Shown in pieces: positions 40,361 through 52,669 of a stretch of 64,000 nucleotides of DNA; within the stretch, counting starts at the first letter, position 1, and the number at the start of each line of letters is the position of its first letter. The notes under the pieces are model-generated. The model had not been told where the DNA came from. It ran no database searches and saw only the letters and a program-made list of their open reading frames with translations. Made by a program: the position numbers and the translations under genes. Origin of the DNA: Eledone cirrhosa (Eukaryota); contig OZ024741.1 in assembly GCA_964016885.1 (NCBI GenBank), positions 356,996,001-357,060,000 on the forward strand, written 5' to 3'.

Positions 40361-40676
40361 TTGTACCCCTGGCATTCATGGTCCTGCCATTTGCGGTCCC
40401 GGTATTCACAGAATTTTCCTTAAAGCCTAATTAATAACTGTTTGTGAAAACCACCGCATATTCGAGGAATCGTAAATATCCTCCATGATTTTTTTTAATG
40501 GCTTTTTTAAAGCTAAATTATTAATAACAATATACATTATTTGCTGGCCTATTGTATTTTTACATTATATTTTGATGTTTATAGGCATTTTTATGGACCA
40601 CGTCCAATATTCGCGGTTTTTCACTCTTTGTGAGTGTCCTAGGAACGTAACCCCCACGAATACCGGGGGACAACTG
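40361..40676. mobile_element. pogo/Tigger-like MITE
   Basis: TIR-like ends TTGTACCCCTGGCATTC / GAATACCGGGGGACAACTG within TA/CA repeats; an extra end copy at 40255-40295. Confidence 0.55.
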
Positions 40677-40696
40677 TGTATATATATACACACACA

Positions 40697-42355
40697 CAGC
40701 TAGAAGTACCTAGCTAAAAGTAAACCCCTATACTTAGCTTTTGTTGACTTGGAGAAAGCCTTTGACAGAGTCCCCCGCTCCATTATCTGGTGGTCTCTTA
40801 GAAAACTAAGTGTTGATGAATGGCTTGTGTGAGCTATACAAGCCATGTATAAAGAAACAGTCAGCAAGGTTAGAATTAACAACGAATATAGTGAAGAGTT
40901 TAGCGTAAAAGTTGGTGTTCATCAGGGCTCTGTTCTTAGCCCCCTACTATTTATTATTGCCCTTCAGGCTATAACAGAGGAGTTCAAGACTGGCTGCCCA
41001 TGGGAATTCCTATATGCAGATGATCTAACGCTCATAGCTGAATCAATGGCTGAACTAGAGAAGAAATTCCAAACATGAAAGCATGGCCTAGAATCAAAAG
41101 GCCTTAAAGTTAACTTGTCTAAGACTAAAGTTCTAGTTTGTAGGAAGGAAAATAGGGCACCGGTCCCATCTGGGAAATGGCCATGCTCAGTGTGTAGGAA
41201 AGGAGTAGGCAGAAACTCCATTTTATGTCCCAAATGCAAAGTATGGGTGCATAAAAGATGTAGTGGGATCACAGGTAAGCTAACTAAGAATAGAGATTTT
41301 ATATGTGGCCGGTGCTCTGGTGCAAGAAGTAGCAGCAAGTGCCCACAGAATACTAACTCATTCCATTGCACAGATGGTTCTATAGAAATAGTGGACACTT
41401 TCCGTTACCTGGGTGACAAAATCAGCAGTGGGGGAGGGTGCTCTGAAAGTACAGTAGCTAGAGTTAGAACGGGATGGAAAAAGTTCAGAGAGCTTATACC
41501 ACTATTGGCCGCTAAAGGGTTCTCTCTAAAAATGAAAGGCAGGCTGTATGATGCCTGCATACGAACAGCAATGTTACATGGCAGTGAGACATGGGCATTG
41601 TGTGCAGAGGATATACGCAGACTGGAGAGAAACGAAGCTTGCATGCTTTGCTGGATGTGTAATAGTACGTGAACAGCAAAGCATAAACGAACTAAGGGAG
41701 AAATTAGAAATAAGAGGATCAGATGTTGTTTACTCGAGAGAAGACTACGTTGGTACGGTCACGTGATGCGCATGAAAGATGACAGCTGTATAAAAAAGTG
41801 CAGGGCGATAAAAATAGACGGTAGCCACAGAGTAGGCAGACCCAGAAAAACCTGGGACGACTTGATAAATTCCGACCTCACACACATACACCTCTCCAAG
41901 ACAATGTCACTGGACCGAGATCTTTGGCGCTACACAGTAATAGAGAAAATCCGCTTTACCTAAGTACAAAGTGAAACCTACAGTCAGTAGGCACCTCTAA
42001 CATAAATACACTCCGTCCCACTACCCCCACCCCATCCACACCACCCCCTTAAATGTGAAGTTATGTTGGTACCACAACATCCAGTCCGAAACAAATGAGG
42101 TTGTGTAGGTGTCACGACAAAAAAACACACAGTCCACGCTGTAATGTGACCGTGTAGGTAACACGGTAAAAACCTCCCAGTCCACACTGTAAACGTGGTT
42201 GGTGTTAGGAAGGGCATCCAGCCATAGAAAACCCGCCAGACAGTCCTATACGAGCAGGACAACCAATCTTGCCTCAAGTGGGAAAACTCCCGTCCAAACC
42301 CATGCAAGCGTGGAAGATGGACGTTAAACAATGATGATGATGATGATGATGATGA
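40697..42355 (+). mobile_element. 5'-truncated RTE-clade LINE (RT, PHD-type finger, 3' UTR, (GAT)n tail), disrupted
   Basis: AFVDLEKAFDRVP, GVHQGSVLSP, LYADD and GRPRKTW motifs; stop at 41076 and frameshifts; high identity to 53750-55847. Confidence 0.95.
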
Positions 42356-42730
42356 CAGCTGTGTTTGATAAGTAGTGTACTCAATGTAAAATATGAAAAT
42401 ATGACTACACAAGAAATGTACTTGGATTGCAAACAGGCTAACAGAGAAGGTAGATTTTGAATGTGGCAAATGCAAAGGGATGGTTAGTAGTAAGAGTACC
42501 AGTGAAATATACTATTTTTAATCAAGGGATAGTTGATAGCTTCTGTTACCTAGTTGACATAATTAGCAGTGGAAAACACTGAAAGTGTAGTATATAATAG
42601 AAAAAGTGAGAGGCAAAAATTCTGGGTGCTACTGCCTAGTTGGCAGCAAAAGGATTCCCTTTCCAAACAAAGAGTAAATTGTATGATGCCTAATATGTAA
42701 TGCAGAGCTTCATAATAGTGATACATAGAC
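42356..42730 (+). mobile_element. older degenerate fragment of a related RTE family
   Basis: HKKCT..DFECGKC..VDSFCYL remnants. Confidence 0.55.
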
Positions 42731-45662
42731 ATTAAATGTAAGTCTTAAAATCTATTTCAATTTTTTTCCTTTTATCAGAAATAGAACAAGTCCCTAACAC
42801 AGTTATAAGGTTCCCAGGTTTGATATTTTAGCAATATGAGTAGCATTTTTTGTGTTAAGTGGTTGGAGATAGCAAGGGCATCCAGTCATAGAAAACTTGC
42901 ATAATAAAGTGTCAGGATGACTTTTTAGACCTGTCAAAAACATGAAAATCTCCCTTGTATTGCTGCATTCAGTATAGTGCAGGAATATGTGTAAGCAGGA
43001 TGCAGGACCCCAGCCCATCTAAGAGGGTACCATTATAAAATACACCCAATATACTTGGTAGAGTGTGGGAATATGTGTAAGTAAGATGCAGACTACCAGC
43101 TGGTCTGAGAAGGTGCCCCGATAAAAAAAACACCCAGGGTACTTGCTAGAATGTGGAGATGTATGTGAGATCTGAGATTCCAGCCTGACTGGAAAGTCAG
43201 TGCCAATTAAGTACTGACTTGGTTTGTGATAACATGTCCAACTCTTGCTAGCAGGGAAAGCAGATGTTATTCATATATGATGATCATAATGATGATGATG
43301 TGTAACTATTAGCTTCAATGATATTCTTGCAGACAAAGTAAAGGATTTTTAAGTTAGTTAAATTACTAAACCTCTGCAAATTCTTGAATATTCTCAAAAT
43401 AATTTTTAAATCATTGTCAATGTCTTTCACTAGAAATATAGTAATGAAAGGGTTAAGTTGTTGAGATAGATCAGTAAAGATACTTAATGAACTGCTGCTT
43501 ATAAGGTGTTTGTTTGTAGCATTTCTTAAATAACTTTAATAAAGAATATTAGCAACAGCCTAAATATGAATGAGCTGTCTGATGGCTATCCAAGATTAGC
43601 TGATAAAGTGTGTTCATTCATCAAGTATTCTTCATTAATGGCAAATTGCTTTAAGTAGGAGTGTTGAGTTCTTGTTTCCTTCCCTCCTTCAAATTCTTTC
43701 CGGAGGAAGGCAACAAAAAAACCACTCAAGTGCACACCTCAAAAACATGATGTGATATCAAGACAAACCACAACTAAATCAGATACTCTACTAAGGCAAA
43801 CATTAAGAACACCAGATTTTATATATTTTCATCTATTTTTATGTACATTATTATGTGTAAATATATGAAAATGGAAGATGTCCATTAGAGCATATTGTCA
43901 AGTATCTTCTATGATAGCCTTGAGCTGAACAAAGCTTCAAGAGTAAAACAGAGAGAAACATAGTAGAAGCTGTTGCATGGCTACTCCTGTTCTCAAGTGA
44001 TAGACTTAATCTGGTGCCTGGTTAACTTTTTCATTACTATATTTCTAATAAAAGATATTGTCTCTGATTTTCAGATCCTTTTGAAAACAATCAAGAATAT
44101 AATTAAGTTTCTAAGATAAAATTATAATAGAATGTTTTTAGATAAATATAAACACTTTAAAACCAACAATTTTGTATCATTGAGCTTGAGGCAGTCTCAG
44201 ATGGTTTGTTACAAACCACCATCTGGCTCTTTGTACCTTTAACAGAGTACACACTATTTTAAGCATTTGAGCCAGGTTGCCAGCCCGAGGAGATTACTTT
44301 CTTCTATTTAAGTGACCTTGAAAGGGTCATGGAAGTACTCTTCCTCTGATTAGATAAGAAAAAATATCAATTTTCTGAAGACATAACAATTCTTAGAACA
44401 TTGACTAAAACATATCTTGTTACTATTTTGAAATTCAATGTCTGACTGTGTGTCTTTCTACTAGAATGTCTCTGTATTAATCCATAATGTATCAAGTCTA
44501 TTTTTACATTGACATTCATTTCAGAACAAAATCATTAATATTATTTCCATCTGTAATATCTAAAGAAATTCTTCAGAGAATGGTTTGTTGCAGATTTAGT
44601 GTGAGAATCAATAAATATTTAGAGCAGATGTTCAAAACTTACTTAAATTATCTTCCAGTTAACCTTCATCCTAAATTAGATTAGACAACTAAATAGTCTG
44701 GGATATAGATGGATTAGTTACAACTAGAATGACTTTAACCTTTTTATTACCATGAAAGACACTGCCTATGATTTTCAAGTAGTTTTGAAAATAATCAAGA
44801 ATTTGGAGAGATATAGTTATTTGACTAACTTTCTAATAATTATTAAGCTGGTGTTTGAAACATAACTTAAGGTTTCTTATATAAAATTATGAAGGAAGGT
44901 TTTTAGATAAATTCTAACATTTTAAATTAAACAATATGTTTACATCATAGAATCAGTGTTGGTTTCAGATCAAGAGTTAAATCATAGTTTTGCTTGGTCT
45001 AGGTTTATGTGGCAGCATCCATAATATAGTATTTTTGTTTGATTCAAAAATATTTCACATTTAACAGTAATCAAAATATCTTCACCATCTGGCTAAATGG
45101 TTAAGAACTTCACTTTTCAATCATAAGGTCCCAGATACAATCCTACTGCAAGGAATCTTAGGCAAGAATCATTTTCCCAAAGGCTAACTCAAGCCTTCTG
45201 AAGGAAACTGAGCAGATGGAAACTGTTTTGAAATTTTTTGGATGGACTCTACTCTAATTCAAAAGTCCAGCTGTTGTCACACACTGCTATGCTGAATTTT
45301 CCTTATAGTACAGATGTCTGTGGAATGTTCAGCCACTTGCACATTAATTTCTCAAGCAGACAAACATATTGATCAAACAACTGGATCACTCATCATCAAA
45401 ACTAATGGAGGTTAATTCTTTTCTACCCAACCAGCCTTGAATATTAAATCAGATGATAATAGCTCTGATCAGTTGTCTTGGATTTACAAATTTATAACAA
45501 TAAAAAAAACTGTGCGTATCCAGTTTAGAATAGATACACCATATTTCTGTGTGTCATAAGAAGTGACTAAAAGAGTTGGTGTCTGGAAGAGCTGCTGGCT
45601 ATACAAATTTGCTTCAAAAAGTCTCATCCAATCCATATCAGCATGGAAAAAATCAATGAAAA

Positions 45663-45698
<36 letters not shown>

Positions 45699-45759
45699 CC
45701 CCAAATCAGCGTCATTCAACTTAGACTAATTAATTAGTAAATCTCTGTTTGTATTAAGG

Positions 45760-45945
45760 GATTTTATGGGCAAAACCAACTGACAGGAAGCCCAAGGGTA
45801 GACCCTGAGTGAGATAGGTGGATAACATCCATGAACTTAGCTGGTTGTGCTTGAGGATCCAGTCAAATCAATTGGGGACATTAGTTTCTGACAGGACCAG
45901 CTGGAGGAGGAGGAGTAGGAGGAGGAGAAGAAGAAGAAGAAGACA
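45760..45945 (+). mobile_element. RTE 3' fragment, same family as 11878-12130
   Basis: GGCAAAACCAA...GGGTAGACCC...GGATAACATCC..GAACTT..CTTGAGGATCCAG shared. Confidence 0.7.
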
Positions 45946-45950
45946 TCTCT

Positions 45951-46306
45951 TACACTTGGATCTCGAATAATCGTGTGTGTGTCAAATTTTTTCCCCACTT
46001 ATTAAATTTTGCTAATCTATCTCCGGCAAAATTTTATTTTAAGTGGTAGCATCCCTGTGATAATTTATTTTCTTTATACATTAAAAAAACTTTAAACATG
46101 ACAAAAAAGTACATTACTAAAAATCCCATATGTTATAAAATAAACAGGATGGGTTGGGGCTTCAATATGCAAACTAAACGACTAATTCTGGTTTTTAAAA
46201 AAATCATCAAACTAAAAAAAATTACCGATTCCCCCTGCCCCGCTTATTCTCCCTCTCATCGCTTATTTCAACCCCCCACCCCACCAATTATTTGGGACCT
46301 AAAATA
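45951..46306. mobile_element. MITE copy, same family as 17370-17715
   Basis: Colinear homology over about 300 bp. Confidence 0.65.
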
Positions 46307-47718
46307 CTTCAGAATTAGTTAATTCAACATTTCACTAATCAATGGATCAAGTATCAATTGAGGTCATACTGAAATCAATCATAGCCTGGAACTTAGTTTA
46401 ATCAATATTAGAATAATGTCCTCCAGCTAATTTTGAAATGCTTAATTAATTAATGAAGACAGTAAAGCCATAGGACATTTTCAAGATACTTGAGATATAA
46501 AAAAATAAGTCAGTGATTGGTTGCTGAGAGCCAATGAGTAATGGAGTTATAGAGAGAGAGTTTGGTTTTTCTTATTAAGGATATATTGAAAAGTTCAAGA
46601 CCTCATTTTATCAAGGATAAGAATACTTAAAATATGGTTGTAATTATCCTAGTGCCAACAGGAAATTTATTGAACATTAGTGTGTGTGTATGTGTGGGGG
46701 GTATCATCATCATCATCACCATTTAACGTCTATTTCTATGCTTGCATGTGTTAGACAAGCTGTCATGTACTAAAGCTAGACTTGTCAGGTGACCAAGACT
46801 TACGTTTATGCTCCGTTTTGGGGTGTGTTTGTACTGTTGGATACCGTTCCTAACCCTAACCACTTTACAGTGTCTACAAGAAGAATTTTATTGCAAGTTC
46901 AGCCTGAGCAGAATGGACTAGTGGTTTTTTATTGTGATGCCAACACTATTATTTTACGGAGTGAGCTGGGTGCATTTTATCTTGGCACTAGCACTACCTC
47001 ATTACGACACTAGGGTGCTCATTGTGTTCCTGGCAAGACTGCAGTGGCATAGATGAGAGTAGGGGAGGAAGAACATGCAGGAGGTGACAGGTTTTCTCTA
47101 TATATATATGTATGTATGTATATATATGTATATATGTATATATGTATATATATGTATATATGTATATATGTAAATATATATATATCTTCCTACGGAATCA
47201 CCTTTATAACTCACCCACACACACACCCCAAAAAAATTTTTTCCCACACGCCACCTACACCCACAACACGCTTAAACCCCACACACACGTGCTTTCCACC
47301 ACATATTTACACCTTCAGCCTCCGGATTCCTCTCTACCCACCCCTCTATCCACACACGCACACACACTCCGACCTACACCCCACCTCACACACACATCTT
47401 CCTGAACATGCAACCCCCGTTCCTCCCCCAACCTTTGCTTTCACATACACACACACACACATGTACACCTACACACACACACCACCTTCAGCCCTCCCCG
47501 CTCGGACACCCCGTCTCCCTCTCCCCACTCCACCCGCCACCACCCCTACACACCCCACACCCTTCCACCACCTGTTTTACCCCTTTTTAATTTTATTTTA
47601 TTTTGATCATGCTTTTATTTTTAATTTCATTCGCACCGTTTCCTCCCACCCCCTTTTTGCTATATGTCTCTCCACCACTTCCCTACACACCCTTTGAACT
47701 CTCTTCCCACACACTTTT

Positions 47719-47752
47719 CACCTGAAGAAGGGCTTATGCCCGAAACGTCGTT
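47719..47752 (+). ncRNA. minimal hammerhead ribozyme motif (Penelope-like element type)
   Basis: CTGAAGA-A-GGGC TTAT GCCC-GAAA-CG-TC; palindromic ACGT stem III; weak stem I; AATAAA about 40 nt downstream. Confidence 0.7.
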
Positions 47753-47840
47753 CCCCACCACCACCCCACTCTCCAGAGCGTGAAATTAATAAACATTCGT
47801 TGTACTGCCTCTCTGTTTTGTTCCTGTTCAAATTTTCCAT

Positions 47841-47871
<31 letters not shown>

Positions 47872-48002
47872 ATGTATAATTATGTACACACACATATATA
47901 TATATTTTAATATAGATGAGATTCTACAGGACTAGAACTGTTTCATTCTTTAGAAATCATCAGGAATCTGGCTTTCTAAAAATAAATGTGGTATTTATAT
48001 CT

Positions 48003-48345
48003 TTTCAGGTGGTAGGAGAGGGTGGGGAGTGGGATGGGTGGAGGTCATTGGTTGAAAGAAAAGGGAATTCATTAAAAGCTAATTCTTTAAGGCTATAATT
48101 TATATTTAGAGTGACAAAGGCAGAAAGAATTCTATAAACAAGTTCAGAATGGAGTGCCACTCCTTATTTTTAAGTTTCTCTTAAGCTAACAATGCCTATA
48201 TTTCAGGTGTCTATAAGATGGTTGGGGGTCAGTCATGGTTGATGGATTTAAAGAAAAGGGAAATTCTTTAAAAGCTAATTCTTTAAAGCTCTACTTAGAG
48301 TGACAAAAGCCAAGAGACTTCTATAAACCAGTTCAAAATATTGAG
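48003..48345 (+). repeat. diverged tandem duplication, period about 198 bp
   Basis: TTTCAGGTG...AAAGAAAAGGGAA...AAAAGCTAATTCTTTAA...TTAGAGTGACAAA...TTCTATAAAC present twice. Confidence 0.75.
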
Positions 48346-48376
48346 TGCCTATCATATCATTATTGTCATATTTCTC

Positions 48377-48592
48377 TTAACCCTTTAATGTTCAAACCAG
48401 CCAGAATTCTCTACCTCTTTCTGTTGAAACTGGCTGTAACTGGTCGCTCAAACTGATGTTAAGGTATTGTTCTCAAAATAAATACTTTCAAAATTTCATA
48501 GATTCAATATTATGTAAGATATTATGTGAGGTAAAGCCTTTACCATGAAAATACAACAGTATATATAGAATAATGTGAATGCTAAAGGGTTT
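48377..48592 (-). mobile_element. piggyBac-like MITE copy
   Basis: TTAACCCTTTA ... TAAAGGGTTTA ends; homologous to 18122-18338. Confidence 0.65.
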
Positions 48593-48669
48593 AGCTATAT
48601 TCCAGGTGTCAACAGACACATTAACATACACACACACACATATATATATATATATACACATATACAGAC

Positions 48670-48738
<69 letters not shown>

Positions 48739-48895
48739 TTGGAGCTCTGAAATAGCAATATATATATATGGATGTATATATAATGTATTTTGCAATACAC
48801 TTTATGCTTAATTAAAAGCATTTTGAAGACCGTAAGCTATTGTTTTAAAGTAGTGACAAATTCACTCACTTTGATCTCAGCAAACAGGGGAGATA

Positions 48896-48939
48896 AGCCG
48901 ACAAGTCTTGTTTCGCTTTGGTTGAAGCTTATCAAGGCC
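48896..48939 (-). ncRNA. type I hammerhead ribozyme motif (inverted copy)
   Basis: Exact reverse complement of 49032-49075. Confidence 0.78.
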
Positions 48940-49031
48940 AACTACCCCACCTGCATAATCAGCTCCTGATTATTTACTAGATTTCTATAAGAATATAACA
49001 TCAATGATCTCAGTAAACAGGTGGGGTAGTT

Positions 49032-49075
49032 GGCCTTGATAAGCTTCAACCAAAGCGAAACAAGACTTGTCGGCT
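49032..49075 (+). ncRNA. type I hammerhead ribozyme motif (U3-A8 variant)
   Basis: Stem I GGCC/GGCT; TTGATAA; stem II GCTT-CAACCA-AAGC; GAAA; stem III ACAAG-A-CTTGT; GTC triplet at 49069-49071. Confidence 0.8.
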
Positions 49076-49599
49076 TATCTCCCCTGTTTGCTGAGATCAA
49101 AGTGAGTGAATTTGTCACTACTTTAAAACAATAGCTTACGGTCTTCAAAATGCTTTTAATTAAGCATAAAGTGTATTGCAAAATACATTATATATACATC
49201 CATATATATATTGCTATTTCAGAGCTCCAATTCTAATTTTTAATTTCTGCCTGACCAACAACCGCTCTGCATAATCAGCTCCTGATTAATTACTAGATTT
49301 CTATAAGAATATAACATCAATGATCTCAGTAAACAGGTGGGGTAGTTGGCCTTGATAAGCTTCAACCTGTATGAGCAAGGCATGGTCAACCGACCAGACA
49401 CTGCCCACAACAGGACGACCCGTCTAACCCATGCTAGCATGGAAGAACGGACATAAACGGTGATGATGGTGATACACACACATATACACATATATACACA
49501 CACACATATATATATATATAAACTATAAACATATACAAACACATCTACAGAAATACACATATATACAAAATACATAAACACATACACATATATATATAT

Positions 49600-50406
49600 A
49601 TATATAAATGAAAGGTATAAAAATTGTTTTAGCGAAAAGCTAACAGTATTCCATAACATATATGCGACTATGTCGTCAAGATGCGAAAAATAGTTAACGT
49701 AAGACGTAGGAAAAATAATTCAAAACTCATCTCAAAAGAGAATCAGGATACAAATTCATCCACAGAATTTAGTGAAATCCAGGAAAAAATCAATAGACCC
49801 TTAACTCATGATAAAATAAAGTCTAAAATACTTATCCTTCAATTTGGAAAAACATCAAATGCTCTGTATAGTCTTAAAGACTATTTCATGAAAACTTTCA
49901 GTGGAGATGGTCACGGTTGGATTTCAATCGTCAGCAGAGCTCAACAGATAACCAGGGCTCCCACAGAATTATAGGCCAAAAAGGGAATTCTAAAACTGGC
50001 TAGTTCACCATCATGCGTGATTATGAAAAACGCACATGAGGAAAAACAGGGCTAGTGACGTCAGGATGAAAATGAATGTTTGTTTACAAGAAATAACAGT
50101 CAAATACATTCCGAAAAAAAAACTCTACAAAAGGAGTTCAGCAAACAGCAATATTATCGCAGTTTTTATTAAATAAAACCAGGATTAGTCACAGATAATT
50201 TAAGCACTCAAGGAAAAAAATCCGAGTATAAATATAAATGAAAGGTATAGAAATTGTTTTAGCGAGAAGCTAACAGTATTCCATAACATATATGCGATTA
50301 TGTCATCAAGATGGGAAAAATAGTTAACGTAAGATGTAGGAAAAATAATTCAAACTCATCTCAAAAGAGAATCAGGATACAAATTCATCCACAGAATTTA
50401 GTGAAA
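49600..50406. repeat. unclassified element with ~175-bp terminal direct repeats, flanked by (TA)n
   Basis: 49601-49777 matches 50233-50406; the internal part 49905-50160 is homologous in inverted orientation to 56643-56897. Confidence 0.7.
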
Positions 50407-50412
50407 TATATA

Positions 50413-50495
<83 letters not shown>

Positions 50496-50556
50496 AAATA
50501 TACATATATATACATATATACATGCATAAACATATACATATATACATATATATATA

Positions 50557-51110
50557 TGGTGGCTGCCAACTCGTTTTCGAGTACGGCCACTACTTTATAT
50601 CCCTGTAGGAGAACCCCTACCGATGCGCTGAACGAGTGTGACTTTTTAGTCCAGCCAGCGACTTGAAAACTCTGGTACAAACACTACACTTGTGACAATT
50701 ATTAACACAGTGCTGGGCCCATGGTACCATGTGACGACAAGTGCAGAGAGATCTCCAGATATAAAGCAATGCCTGTGCCGTGAAGCTTTTATAGTGAGCA
50801 AAGGCACTGCACAAAGCCAGTCCCACTCTCTTAACCAAGATGATATTTACCAAAAAGAAGAACAAGTCAACATCATTGGATACCATCAGGGTTGCAGGTG
50901 CTATATCAGAGTTTTCCTTCTCCTAGAATTCTGCCTTGACAAAGGCTAAGAGGTCATCTCTCCCGGTGATTTTGGATGGCCATTGACTCTTAAGAGCTCC
51001 TTTGCTCTTTGACAGGTTTTGTTTTTAGTCCTGCAGGATGTCCAAAGTCACCCTCCTCACCAAGAAACCTTGGTGGGGTTGCCAGTTTAGTTGTCAACGA
51101 CCCGACCATG
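50557..51110 (-). mobile_element. short RTE-derived element, probably internally deleted (5' UTR-like part plus C2H2 3' end)
   Basis: The 3' part encodes [24 protein letters not shown] and is an inverted copy of 52435-52617; bounded by (TA)n on both sides. Confidence 0.55.
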
Positions 51111-51163
51111 TATATATATATATATACATACATATATACACACACATATATATATATATATAT

Positions 51164-51657
51164 AGGCAGACCCAGAAAAACCTGGGACGATTTGATAAAA
51201 TCAGACCTCACACACTTACACCTCTCCAAGACAATGTTACTGGACCGAGATCTTTGGCGTTACGTAGTAATCCAGAAGACCCGCCTTGCCTAACTACAGT
51301 CAGTAGGCACCTCTTAACCAAAATACACCCCCGTCCCACTAACCCTACCCCCACCGCCATCTACACCACCCCTTTTAATGTAAAGCTATGTTGGTAGCAC
51401 AACATCCAGTCCTAAATAAATGAGTTCGTGTAGGTGTCAACAAAAAACACACAGTCCACGCTGTAATGTGGCCATGTAGGTAACACGGTAAAAACCTCCC
51501 AGTCCACACTGTAAACGTGGTTGGTGTTAGGAAGGGCATCCAGCCGTAGAAAACCCACCAGACAGTCCTGAGCAAGACAACCAATCTTGCTTCAAGTGGG
51601 ACAATTCCCATCCAGACCCATGCTAGCATGGAAAATGGACGTTAAATGATGATGATG
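51164..51657 (+). mobile_element. 3'-end copy of the PHD-RTE family
   Basis: GRPRKTWDDLIKSDLTH, 3' UTR and (GAT)n, matching 41833-42355. Confidence 0.9.
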
Positions 51658-52617
51658 TATATCTTGGAAGCACTCTGAGTATGTCCTGCAATCTTGATGA
51701 GGAAATATCAAACAGGATACAGAAAGCCAGTGATACTTCTGGAAAACTGAACAAGCGTCTCTGGTCTCAACACGGAATTTCGGTAAAGACAAAGCTCAAA
51801 GTGTATCATGCGTGTGTGCTCGCGGCACTTCTTTATGCTTGTGACACGTGGGTGGTCTACCGTAGACAGATGAAGCGACTTGAGAGGTTCTACCAGTACT
51901 GCTTATGTCAGATCCTCGGCATAACCTGGCAAATGTTTGTCAGTGACGTCGAGGTTCTGGACAGAAGTGGCTGTGATAGTGTCGAGTCCTTGATTTAGAA
52001 ACAGCAGCTGCGCTGGACAGGCCATCTTGTAAGGATGAATGACAAGCGAATGCCGAAGCAGCTGCTTTATGGCGAGCTCCAAATGGGAAAAAGGAACGCG
52101 AGCAAACGCAAGATACGTTTTAATGACTGCGTCAAGGGGGCACTCAAGAAAAGTAACATGTGCTAGCAACCGATCGCATTGGAGGAAAGCAGTGACTAGT
52201 GGCAAGAGTCTATTTGAGGAAACAAGAAGAAGGCACGCGACACTAAAAAGAGATGTCCGGAAAGGAATCCATGTTGGCCTTCCCGAAGGCACTGACAGAC
52301 GGCCTGACCTGACATGTGAGACCTGTAATAGGGTTTGTCTGAGCATGGCAGGTCTAAAGAGTCACTTGAGAGTGCACAAGAACAGGGAAGCAGGCACCTG
52401 TGGAGCTATAAGTGTTCATCACACGACACTTTGGGTCACATGGTTCCATGGGCCCAGCACTAGGTGTCAATAATTGTCACAAGTGTAGTGTTTGTACCAG
52501 AGTTTTCAAGTCGCTGGCTGGACTAAAAAGCCACACTCGTTCAGCGCATCGGTAGGGGTTCTCTTACATGGATATAAAGTAGTGGCCGTACTCGAAAACG
52601 AGTTGGCAGCCACCATG
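51658..52617 (+). mobile_element. RTE (BovB-like) LINE 3' fragment with two C2H2 fingers, disrupted
   Basis: YLGSTLS..LDEEISNRIQKAS..TKLKVYHACVLAALLYACDTW, QLRWTGHLVRM..RMPKQLLYGEL, CETCNRVCLSMAGLKSHLRVH and [17 protein letters not shown]. Confidence 0.85.
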
Positions 52618-52638
52618 TGTATGTGTATGTATGTATAC

Positions 52639-52659
<21 letters not shown>

Positions 52660-52669
<10 letters not shown>

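Larger units (their letters stand above)
48732..49367. mobile_element. hammerhead-bearing non-coding element: inverted copy plus partial tandem (PLE pseudo-LTR or retrozyme-like)
   Basis: About 220-bp near-perfect inverted arms (48732-48953 / 49018-49237) and a direct repeat of period 316 bp (48951 vs 49267). Confidence 0.8.
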
